DNA of 37,969 nucleotides, from the NCBI GenBank assembly GCA_017555465.1, contig JAFZGH010000105.1:1-37969 (forward strand), read 5' to 3'. Under the pieces are notes generated by a model. That model was given only the letters and a program-made list of their open reading frames with translations. It was not told where the DNA came from and searched no databases. The translations under genes were made by a program, and so were the position numbers. Below, one piece after another: positions 1 to 8,245 of the stretch (position 1 is the first letter of the stretch; each line of letters starts with the position of its first letter). The stretch comes from Akkermansia sp. GTDB taxonomy: Bacteria; Verrucomicrobiota; Verrucomicrobiia; Verrucomicrobiales; Akkermansiaceae.

Positions 1-82
1 GGAACGTGTAGAAAAAACTCCCCACGGCGAACCGAAAAAAGGGGCCCCGGCCCCATGAAAACCCATGAAAGGAGGCGGCACC

Positions 83-610
83 ATGGCAGGACCCCGACAA
101 CCCATTGAGCTGGTGGAATTTAAGGGCAAAAAGCACCTGACAAAGGCGGAAATTGAGGAGCGCCACGCGCGTGAGCTGAAACCGTGCACCGACGAAATTG
201 CCGCCCCTAAATATTTAACCGGCCCACAAAAAAAGGAGTTTTACAAGATCGCCGCCCAGCTGGAAAAACTCAAAATTATGGGTGAAACGGATTGTGACGC
301 CCTGGCCCGGTACATCACTGCCCAGGGACTTTATGAGCAGGCTGTCAAAGACCTGCGCAAGCTGGGAAAGAACCAGCCAAGCAAGGACGAGCTGGGCAGC
401 AAGGGCTATTATGACGCCCTGGAAATATACTACAAGTCTATGGACAGTGCGACGCAACGACAGGACCGCTATTTTAAGCAGGCGCAGACAGCAGCTGCGG
501 CCCTGGGCCTGACAATCAGCTCCCGGTGCAGGCTGGTGGCGCCGGTAGTGGAGGAAAAGCCGAAAGAGAATAAATTCTCCAAGTTTGGAAAGGCTGCCGG
601 CGGTAAATGA
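83..610 (+). CDS. terS: Terminase small subunit (P27-like family)
   Basis: GGAGG at 71-75 then ATG at 83; MAGPRQP..KKHLTKAEI N-terminus and LGLTISSRCRL C-terminus typical of P27-family TerS; directly upstream of terL. Confidence 0.9.
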   Translation: MAGPRQPIELVEFKGKKHLTKAEIEERHARELKPCTDEIAAPKYLTGPQKKEFYKIAAQLEKLKIMGETDCDALARYITAQGLYEQAVKDLRKLGKNQPSKDELGSKGYYDALEIYYKSMDSATQRQDRYFKQAQTAAAALGLTISSRCRLVAPVVEEKPKENKFSKFGKAAGGK

Positions 611-2379
611 GCTGTGCGGCCCTGTATAACGACCGGGTAACGACATACGCCCGCCGGGTGGTAAAGACCGGGCGATACCCGGACACCGGGGACCTATGCG
701 GCGAGCTGCACATTTTAGCGTGCAAGCGGCACCTGCGGGACCTGGACAACGAGCGCACCAGCGATTTTCCGTACTACTGGGACCCGGACGCAGCAGAGCG
801 CGTCCTGGACTTTGCCGAAACCCTGACCCTGGCGGAGGGCGCAGAGCCCAAGCCGCTGAAACTCATGGACTGCCAGGCGTTCGACGTGGGCTGCACCTTT
901 GGCTGGAAGAAAGTACAGAACGACGCCCGGCGTTTTCGCCAGCGTTACAAATCCATTTCCAGACAGCAGGGCAAGACCATGGAAAACGGCGTCCTGGGCA
1001 CATACATAGCCGGCTTTGCGGGCTATATGCACGGCAAACTTTTCACCGTGGCAACGAAAAAGCGCCAGGCCCGGCTGGCCTGGGAAGAAATGGCCAAGTT
1101 TGTCCAGATCGACCCGGACCTGGGGGAGCTTTTCGACGTAAAGGACTACAAAAGCACCATCCTGGCGCTGGAAACAATGTGCACCATTGATGCCCTGAGC
1201 CGTGAGAGCGGCCTGGACGACGGTTTCCGCTCCATCTTTGCGTCAATCGACGAGCTGCACCAGCACCGGGACAACAAGATTTACAAAGCCATTTACAACG
1301 GCACCCGGTCCCTGCGGGAAACCCTGGTCTCCATGATCACCACCCGCGGCGACAAGTTAAACAGTTTCTGCAAGGAAATGGACGACTACTGCAAAAAGGT
1401 GCTGCAGGGCCTAACCACAGCCCACGACCTTTTTGTGGACATATACTGCCTGGACGACAAGGACGACATATGGGACGAAAGGAACTGGTCAAAGGCGTGC
1501 CCGTTTACATGCGCCGACCCCGAGCGGCTGGAAACGCTGCGCCAGGACGCACAACGCGCCAGGGATATGGGCGGCTCAGAGCTGCGGGACTTCCTGACCA
1601 AGTGCCTCAATATGTGGGTAAAAAACACCGACGACCAATTTGTGGACCCGGACGCCTGGCAAGAGTGCGGCAAAGACGGCCGCAAGCTGCAGCAGATCGT
1701 GGAGAGCGGCTGCAGGGACTGCTGGGTGGGCCTGGACCTGTCCAGCGGCGGAGACCTCACCACGCTGGCCCTGGAGTTTCCCATGGCCGGCGGCAAGTAT
1801 TACCTGTATAGCCACAGCTTTATGCCCCGGGGCCGCCTGGAGGAGCATGTGGAAACAGATATAGCACCGTACGACCTGTGGGAACAAATGGACCTTATAA
1901 CCGTTACCGGCGGCGCCATGGATTTTATGAATGATTATAAATTCATAGTTTCCCACCTGGCAGAGCTAAAAGAACGGTTTGACCTGAATTTCCTGGGCAT
2001 CGGCATCGACCCCCACAACGCTGCCGGCGTCATGCAGGACCTGGAGGCGTTTGGCTGCCCGGTTACCCTGATCACGCAGAGCGCCCGAAACCTGAACGAC
2101 GCCACGGTGGCCGTGCAGCTGCTCACAAAGAGCGGCGCCCTGGAATACGACCCCGGAAACGAGCTGCTAACCTGGTCCATGACAAATGCGGCCATTGTCC
2201 GCAATAGTTTCGAGGAGATCAAGGTGGACAAAAAGCCGGGCGCGAAATTTAAGCGCATCGACCCTGTGGACGCCATTATAGACGCCCATGCCCTCATGCT
2301 GCTGTCCACCGGCGGCGAGGCTGCGCTGGACGTGGACAACGAGGTGGAAAACTATCTGAAACTCATGGGCTGGAGCTAA
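607..2379 (+). CDS. terL: Terminase large subunit
   Basis: Walker A-like SRQQGKT, Walker B IDELH, nuclease motifs GLDLS and KRIDPVDA; 590 aa. Confidence 0.96.
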   Translation: MSCAALYNDRVTTYARRVVKTGRYPDTGDLCGELHILACKRHLRDLDNERTSDFPYYWDPDAAERVLDFAETLTLAEGAEPKPLKLMDCQAFDVGCTFGWKKVQNDARRFRQRYKSISRQQGKTMENGVLGTYIAGFAGYMHGKLFTVATKKRQARLAWEEMAKFVQIDPDLGELFDVKDYKSTILALETMCTIDALSRESGLDDGFRSIFASIDELHQHRDNKIYKAIYNGTRSLRETLVSMITTRGDKLNSFCKEMDDYCKKVLQGLTTAHDLFVDIYCLDDKDDIWDERNWSKACPFTCADPERLETLRQDAQRARDMGGSELRDFLTKCLNMWVKNTDDQFVDPDAWQECGKDGRKLQQIVESGCRDCWVGLDLSSGGDLTTLALEFPMAGGKYYLYSHSFMPRGRLEEHVETDIAPYDLWEQMDLITVTGGAMDFMNDYKFIVSHLAELKERFDLNFLGIGIDPHNAAGVMQDLEAFGCPVTLITQSARNLNDATVAVQLLTKSGALEYDPGNELLTWSMTNAAIVRNSFEEIKVDKKPGAKFKRIDPVDAIIDAHALMLLSTGGEAALDVDNEVENYLKLMGWS

Positions 2380-2392
2380 AGGAGGAAACAAC

Positions 2393-3718
2393 ATGAAACT
2401 AAAGGAAAGGGCCAGGGCTGCCTGGGCCGTCCTCACCGAAAAAGGCGCGGCGGACAATGCCGAGGAAATGACGCTCAACCAGCTGCTGAACTTCCTGGGC
2501 GTGCATAAGTCTGGCGACGCTGCGGCAATGAGCGAGGCCGTGTACTTTGCCTGCTGCAAGGTGCTGAGCGAGGCCGTGGGCAAGCTGCCCCTGAAAATCC
2601 AGCGGGCAACGCCGGGCCAGGGCATTCAGGTAATGCGGGAGCATCCCTATTACAGAATGCTGAACGAGCGGCCGAACCGCTATATGACGGCCAGCACGTT
2701 CTGGAGCACCATGGAGCTGTGCCGCAATCATTACGGCAACGCATACGCCTGGATTGACACCCGGGACGCCAAAATGCCGCAGCTGTGGCCCATCGACCCC
2801 ACCGCGGTGCAGGTCTACTATGACAACGCCCGCCGGCTGGACCAGGTGCCCGACGTTTACTACCGCGTCAACACCCCCCAGGGCGTCCTGGTCCTGGGCT
2901 CTGAGGAGGTCCTGCACTTTAAGTCCCACAACACCCTGGACGGCCTGGTGGGTATCAGCGTGCGGGAGCAGCTGGCAAGCACCATCCAGGGCAATGCCAA
3001 GGCCCAGGAGTATATCAATAAGCTGTACGAAAACGGCATGACCGCCAAGGCTGTGCTGCAGTACACGGCAAACCTGAAAGACGAGAACGTGCAGGCGCTG
3101 ACCCGTGGCCTGGAGGCATACGCCAAGGGCGCCATGAAAGATAAGGGCATCGAAAATATTATCCCTGTGCCCTTTGGCGTCACCCTCACGCCCCTAAACC
3201 TCAAGCTGGCAGACAGCCAGTTTCTTGAGATCAAGCAGTACACCGCGCTGCAGATCGCGTCCGCCTTTGGCGTCAAGCCGTACCAGGTGGGCGACTACAC
3301 CAAGAGCAGCTACGCCAGCGCAGAGGCGCAGCAGCTGTCTTTCCTGGTGGACACCCTGCTGTATATCGTAAAGCAGTACGAGGAGGAAATTGGCTACAAG
3401 CTGCTGACCGACACCGAGGAGGCCGCCGGCTATCATGTCAAGTTTAACACCGCTGTAATTCTGAGAGCGGACCAGCAGACGCAAATCAATACCCTGTCCG
3501 CTGCCGTTTCCAGTTTCCTCATGACCCCCAACGAGGCGCGGGAGCGGCTGGACCTCCCCAGCAAGCCGGGCGGCGACGAGCTGCTGGGCAATGGCGCGAG
3601 TATCCCGGTACAGCTGGCCGGTACTCAATACACACAGAATACTGCAGGAAAGGAGGAGGACAAGGCATGGATGATCGCAGCAATCACGGCGGCCGTGAAA
3701 GCGGCAATCCCGGCATGA
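2393..3718 (+). CDS. HK97-family portal protein
   Basis: VYFACCKVLSEAVGKLPL, GNAYAWI, EVLHFK, IASAFGV, MTPNEARERLDLP; follows terL. Confidence 0.95.
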   Translation: MKLKERARAAWAVLTEKGAADNAEEMTLNQLLNFLGVHKSGDAAAMSEAVYFACCKVLSEAVGKLPLKIQRATPGQGIQVMREHPYYRMLNERPNRYMTASTFWSTMELCRNHYGNAYAWIDTRDAKMPQLWPIDPTAVQVYYDNARRLDQVPDVYYRVNTPQGVLVLGSEEVLHFKSHNTLDGLVGISVREQLASTIQGNAKAQEYINKLYENGMTAKAVLQYTANLKDENVQALTRGLEAYAKGAMKDKGIENIIPVPFGVTLTPLNLKLADSQFLEIKQYTALQIASAFGVKPYQVGDYTKSSYASAEAQQLSFLVDTLLYIVKQYEEEIGYKLLTDTEEAAGYHVKFNTAVILRADQQTQINTLSAAVSSFLMTPNEARERLDLPSKPGGDELLGNGASIPVQLAGTQYTQNTAGKEEDKAWMIAAITAAVKAAIPA

Positions 3719-4476
3719 TTGAAAAGGCGGCGCACCTGGCGCCCCAGGAGATCACCGAGGCGGAGCTGAAAGCCATTAACAAGTACACCCTGGAGCCCCT
3801 GACCGCTGACCAGGTTTTCACCTTTAAGGCGGTACTTTGTGACAACGAGCTGGACCGGGCGCATGAACGGTTTAACCTGAAAGCACTGCAGGACCTCAAA
3901 AAGCTGTTTTTGGGAAAAACCATCATCAAGGACCACAAGCACAGCGCGGACAACCAGGTGGCGCGTATTTACGCCACGGAACTGGTGGAAAGCGAAAAGG
4001 CAGCCCACGGCGGGGAAAAGTACACCCAGCTGGTGGCCCGGTGCTACATGTTCAAGACCGCCGGCAATGCCGACCTGATTGCAGAAATCAAGGCCGGCAT
4101 TAAAAAGGAGGGCTCTGTGGGCTGTGCTGTTAATAGCGTTATCTGCAGCATTTGCGGCATGGATAATGCGAAAACGTACTGCGCACACTGGCCGGGCAGG
4201 TCCTACGAAAAGGACGGGCACATGCAAATGTGCACCTTTACGCTGGCCGGCGCCCGCGACGCGTACGAATTTTCCCTGGTAGCAGTCCCGGCACAGAGAG
4301 CGGCCGGCGTCTCTAAGAGCTACACCGGCGAAACCGCGTACGAGGCCAAGGGCGGCCAGGAGACCCCGCAGCCGGGCGCAACGCCCAGCGACCCCACCGA
4401 AAGCGAAAAAGCCGCCGAGCTGGCCCTGCAGGCCGAGCTGGCAGCAATTCGCGCAAAAAACACAAATTACAACTAA
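3667..4476 (+). CDS. Prohead protease-like protein with a CxxC..CxH insertion
   Basis: Sits between portal and capsid; DRAHERF, KDH, EGSVG, YEFSLVAVPAQ resemble HK97 prohead protease motifs; strong RBS AGGAGGAGG at 3651 (alternative start 3715). Confidence 0.8.
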   Translation: MDDRSNHGGRESGNPGMIEKAAHLAPQEITEAELKAINKYTLEPLTADQVFTFKAVLCDNELDRAHERFNLKALQDLKKLFLGKTIIKDHKHSADNQVARIYATELVESEKAAHGGEKYTQLVARCYMFKTAGNADLIAEIKAGIKKEGSVGCAVNSVICSICGMDNAKTYCAHWPGRSYEKDGHMQMCTFTLAGARDAYEFSLVAVPAQRAAGVSKSYTGETAYEAKGGQETPQPGATPSDPTESEKAAELALQAELAAIRAKNTNYN

Positions 4477-4488
4477 GGAGGAAACAAC

Positions 4489-5619
4489 ATGAACAAGAGA
4501 GCAAGAGAGCTGCAGACCCTGATTACCCAGGAGGCTGCCGCCGCAAAGAGTTTCACCGAGGGCGAGGGCAAGGACATTGCCAAGGCCCAGGAGCACCTGG
4601 CAAAGGCTAAGGAGTACCAGGCAGAGCTGGACGTGCTGGTGGAGCTGGACAACGTGAACAAGGGCAACGTGCCCAAGGACCCCGTGCCTGGCGCTGAGAA
4701 GAAAGCCAACGGCTTTGACATGATTGCAAAGATGATGCAGCGCAAGTCCCTGACCGAGGTGGAAAAGGCCGCCCTGATCACCGGCACCAACGCCGCCAAC
4801 GGTGAGACCTACCTGGTGCCCGAGGACGTCAAGGCCGAAATCAACGAGCTGCGCAAGAGCTACGTTTCCGCAAAGTCCCTGGTTACCGTGGAGACCACCG
4901 ACGCCCTGGCCGGCTCTGTGACCTACGAGAGCGGCACCCCCGCCGGCCTGGCAGCCTTTGACGACGGCGACGCCATTGCCGAGGAAACCGGCGTCAAGTT
5001 TGTTCTGAAAAAGTTTACCATCGCATTCATGGGCAAGCTGATTCCCGTTTCCCGCATCCTGCTGGGCGCTGCCAAGGATAACATTATGGGCTACCTGAAC
5101 CGGTGGTTTGTGCGCAACGCCATCATTTCCGAAAATGCCAAGATTTTCGGCACCCTGAAAGCAGGTTACAACGAGGGCACCCCCAAGGCCGTGGCCGGCT
5201 GGAAAGAGCTGAAGCGCTCCATCACCGTGGACCTGGACCCCTCCTGCCTGATCAATGGCGTGATTGCCACCAACCAGAGCGGCTTTGCCTGCCTGGACGC
5301 TGAGGAGGACAACGACGGCCGCCCCGTGCTGCAGCCCAACCCCGCAAACCCCACGGAAAAGCTTTTCCAGGGTCTGCGTGTGCATGTTTTCCCTGACGCT
5401 CAGCTGCCCAACATTGACGGCACCCATTTCCCCATGATCTACGGCGACACAAAGGCCGGCGCCACTTTCGTGGAGCACCAGAACCTGGAGTTTGCTATCT
5501 CTGAGCACTTCATGTTCAACAAGAACCAGAACTGCCTGCGCGTGATCGAGGGCTTTGACGTTATGAGCACCGACACCGCCGCCTACATTTACGGCAGTTT
5601 CTCCGCCTCTGCCAACTAA
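4489..5619 (+). CDS. Major capsid protein, HK97 fold
   Basis: Coiled-coil delta-domain N-terminus, YLVPEDV..EINEL, DNDGRPVLQPN, IYGD; synteny. Confidence 0.95.
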   Translation: MNKRARELQTLITQEAAAAKSFTEGEGKDIAKAQEHLAKAKEYQAELDVLVELDNVNKGNVPKDPVPGAEKKANGFDMIAKMMQRKSLTEVEKAALITGTNAANGETYLVPEDVKAEINELRKSYVSAKSLVTVETTDALAGSVTYESGTPAGLAAFDDGDAIAEETGVKFVLKKFTIAFMGKLIPVSRILLGAAKDNIMGYLNRWFVRNAIISENAKIFGTLKAGYNEGTPKAVAGWKELKRSITVDLDPSCLINGVIATNQSGFACLDAEEDNDGRPVLQPNPANPTEKLFQGLRVHVFPDAQLPNIDGTHFPMIYGDTKAGATFVEHQNLEFAISEHFMFNKNQNCLRVIEGFDVMSTDTAAYIYGSFSASAN

Positions 5620-5626
5620 GAACCCC

Positions 5627-5657
5627 GCCGGGCGGGGCAACCTGCCCGGCAGTTTTT
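5627..5657 (+). terminator. Rho-independent terminator after capsid gene
   Basis: GCCGGGCGGG-GCAA-CCTGCCCGGC followed by AGTTTTT. Confidence 0.75.
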
Positions 5658-5679
5658 AACCTGAAAGGAGGCGCTGCCC

Positions 5680-5991
5680 GTGGTTACAATTGACGACGCC
5701 CTGGTATATATGGGCATCGACTACCCCGACGAGGTAGCTATCAAAAACGCCACCCGCGCCCTGGCGACCGCTCAAAGAACCCTAAAGGGCGCCGTGGGTG
5801 ACGACGTGGACGACCTGCTGCCAGGCGACGAGCGGGCCGCGGAAATCGTGCTCATGTGGACCGACGACCTGTACAAGCAGCGCGGCTCTACCTCTGCAAA
5901 AGTAACCGGGACTACCCGGCGATTGACTGAGGACATGGTGCTGCAGCTGCAGATGGACCTGCGGCGGCTCAGGGAGGTGGCAGCAAAATGA
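5680..5991 (+). CDS. Head-tail connector (gp6/gp15-like)
   Basis: RBS AAGGAGG, GTG start; ~100 aa with DLYKQRG motif; directly after capsid. Confidence 0.8.
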   Translation: MVTIDDALVYMGIDYPDEVAIKNATRALATAQRTLKGAVGDDVDDLLPGDERAAEIVLMWTDDLYKQRGSTSAKVTGTTRRLTEDMVLQLQMDLRRLREVAAK

Positions 5992-6293
5992 GCTATATTC
6001 CCCTGACCATCCAGAAAATGGACCCGGACACCGAGGAATGGACCGACCACCTGCACCTCCATGCCTCACAGGTGAACAAAGCGCCCGCGACCGAGAGTTT
6101 TGGCGCCGGCGCTGACCAGTACCACCCCCGGCTCACTTTTACGGTGCCATGGTGCAGGGCCCTGGAGGACGTGGCGTACAGCACCCAGCTGCACCGCATT
6201 GTCTACCGCGGCCGCACCTACAACATAAAGGACTACGACGACTTTATGGAGCAGCACATAGACGTAAAGCTGGTGGGTGAGGCGTATGGCTAA
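5988..6293 (+). CDS. Head closure / head-tail adaptor (gp16-like)
   Basis: HRIVYRGRTYNI motif; synteny. Confidence 0.8.
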   Translation: MSYIPLTIQKMDPDTEEWTDHLHLHASQVNKAPATESFGAGADQYHPRLTFTVPWCRALEDVAYSTQLHRIVYRGRTYNIKDYDDFMEQHIDVKLVGEAYG

Positions 6294-6693
6294 CAGCAAC
6301 CGCGTGACCCTGGAGGACCTGGGCCCCGCCATTGCCAGGGAGCTGACCATTTACGGCAAGGGAGTGCAGGACGGCGTAAACAAGGCCGGCCGCAAGGCTA
6401 TAAAGGAAATCGTGCGGAAAACAAAAGACACCGCACCATTTGACGCCAATGCGTACCACCAGCATTACGCCGACCAGATCACAAGCAAAACCGAAAAGAG
6501 CCGCACCGGCGACGAGACCCACACATGGTATGCAAAAGGCAAGGCCGGCCGTTTAACCCATCTGGTGGTCAAAGGCCACGAGACAAGAGACGGCCGCCGC
6601 ACCCGTGCAAACTCATTCCTGCAGGACGCCCAGGACGCCGTGCTGCCTGATTACGAGAGAGAAGTGCAGGAGGCTGTAAAAAATGGTAAATGA
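6286..6693 (+). CDS. HK97 gp10-like neck/tail-completion protein
   Basis: RLTHLVVKGH..R.G.RT motif; synteny. Confidence 0.75.
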   Translation: MANSNRVTLEDLGPAIARELTIYGKGVQDGVNKAGRKAIKEIVRKTKDTAPFDANAYHQHYADQITSKTEKSRTGDETHTWYAKGKAGRLTHLVVKGHETRDGRRTRANSFLQDAQDAVLPDYEREVQEAVKNGK

Positions 6694-7003
6694 AATTCTG
6701 GCCGCCGTGGGCATCCCTGACCGCGGCAGCCGTTTCGCAAAACCGCCCGCCGGTATCTATGCGGTATGGTTTGACGACATAGAAACCGATGGACCCGACG
6801 GCCTGCCGCCCCGCATCTTTACGCACAACGTGTCCCTGGAACTCTACGAGCCCAAAAAGGACGACGAAAAGCGTGCAGCCCTGGAGGCGGAAATGACAGC
6901 CCGCGGCCTGAAATGGACCCGGCAGGACCGGCTCTGGCTGGCATCCGAGCAAATGTACCAAACTGTTTACGAATTTACCCACACCGAAAAAAGGAGGACC
7001 TAA
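6683..7003 (+). CDS. Tail terminator-like protein
   Basis: WLASEQMYQTVYEF C-terminus; directly before major tail protein. Confidence 0.65.
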   Translation: MVNEILAAVGIPDRGSRFAKPPAGIYAVWFDDIETDGPDGLPPRIFTHNVSLELYEPKKDDEKRAALEAEMTARGLKWTRQDRLWLASEQMYQTVYEFTHTEKRRT

Positions 7004-7006
7004 ACA

Positions 7007-7552
7007 ATGGCAAAGCGTGACAAGAAAACCATTACCATCGGCTCCGCGCTGCCCTATATCATGCTCTACACCGACACCGTGCCCACCGTGGACGAAATCT
7101 GCGTGGAGGAGAACCTGCTGGGCTATATCAAGGGCGGCGCTGCGCTGGAATACACCGAGGAGACCTACGAGGAAAAGGACGACCTGGGCTACGTTTCCAA
7201 GATCATCACCACCAGCGAGGAGGTCCTGCTGAAAATGGGCCTGCTGACCTGGAACGGCACCACCCTGCAGCACCTGATCGACCGCTGCCAGGTTACCGAG
7301 GCAGCCGGCAAGCGTACCACCAAAATCGGCGGCGCCGGCAACGCCCAGGGCAAGTATTACGCCGTGTGCCTGCACCACAAGGACCCCGTGGACGGCGACC
7401 TGTGGGTGCTGATCGTGGGCCGCAATACCGCGGGCGCAACCCTGACCCTGGCCGCCGACGAGGGCACCCTGATCGAGCCTGAATTCAAGGCCATGGTCCA
7501 GGACGACAACGGCACCCTGGTCCAGCTGATCGAGGAAATCCCCGCGGCCTAA
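7007..7552 (+). CDS. Major tail (tube) protein
   Basis: LGYIKGGAALEY tube-protein motif; strong RBS; followed by a terminator and the chaperone gene. Confidence 0.85.
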   Translation: MAKRDKKTITIGSALPYIMLYTDTVPTVDEICVEENLLGYIKGGAALEYTEETYEEKDDLGYVSKIITTSEEVLLKMGLLTWNGTTLQHLIDRCQVTEAAGKRTTKIGGAGNAQGKYYAVCLHHKDPVDGDLWVLIVGRNTAGATLTLAADEGTLIEPEFKAMVQDDNGTLVQLIEEIPAA

Positions 7553-7562
7553 CACAGCAACG

Positions 7563-7599
7563 GCAGCGGGCTATATGCAGCCCGCTGCAATTTCTTTTT
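7563..7599 (+). terminator. Terminator/attenuator after major tail gene
   Basis: GCAGCGGGCT-ATATGC-AGCCCGCTGC then AATTTCTTTTT. Confidence 0.7.
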
Positions 7600-7613
7600 A
7601 GGAGGACGAAACA

Positions 7614-7955
7614 ATGGCCAGAACCCTGGACCTGAACAACGTGCAGCAGTCCTTTATGGACCTGACGCTGCAGGACGACGCCCACACCGTGGTGCACCTG
7701 GATATCACCACAGAGGCAAACGTAAACAAGCTGCTGAGCATCGGCCCGGACCTGGAAAAGCTGAAAAGCGGCAACCGGGAGGGCGTAGACATGTGCTACG
7801 ACCTGGCCGCCCAGATTATCAGCTGTAACCTGGATTATTTCACGGTTACCGGCAAGGAACTGCGCGAAAAGTACCGCATGAATCTGTATACGCTGATCGC
7901 ATTTTTCTCTGCATACCTGGGCTTTATCAATGAACTGAGCAACCAAAAAAACTAA
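7614..7955 (+). CDS. Tail assembly chaperone (gpG-like)
   Basis: Between MTP and TMP; ends in slippery CAA AAA AAC TAA. Confidence 0.85.
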   Translation: MARTLDLNNVQQSFMDLTLQDDAHTVVHLDITTEANVNKLLSIGPDLEKLKSGNREGVDMCYDLAAQIISCNLDYFTVTGKELREKYRMNLYTLIAFFSAYLGFINELSNQKN

Positions 7956-8245
7956 GGCTCCCGTATTACCCGACAGGAGGTAGTGCGGGAGGGCATCAAT
8001 ACAGCACAAATTCCTGGTGGCGCCGGCTGGTGGCAGAGTATACCGGCCTCAATTTCCTGCAGGTGGGTGAACTGAACTACCTGCAGTATCTGATATGGCG
8101 CCGGGACGCATATATACACATGCTAAGCCGCACCGAGGCGGGCCAGGAGTACCTGGACAACGCCTGGCGTATGGAGCAGACCAAGCCCGACCGGGCCGGC
8201 CTGCGCAAGAAATTCGGAAAGGAGGGAGCAATCGGTGGCAAGTAA
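7946..8245 (+). CDS. Tail assembly chaperone -1 frameshift extension (gpGT-like)
   Basis: The -1 frame is open from the A AAA AAC heptamer (LRLPYYPTGG...WWRRLVAEYTGLNF...) to 8245; no clear RBS of its own. Confidence 0.8.
   Translation, partial: KKLRLPYYPTGGSAGGHQYSTNSWWRRLVAEYTGLNFLQVGELNYLQYLIWRRDAYIHMLSRTEAGQEYLDNAWRMEQTKPDRAGLRKKFGKEGAIGGK

Noticed and set aside
3625-5640. Long antisense ORFs (671 aa here; also 8049-8984, 9866-10984, 12022-13272, 18781-20043, 31524-32726, 23497-24372)
   Set aside because: Shadow frames of GC-rich genes on the opposite strand; no RBS and no motifs
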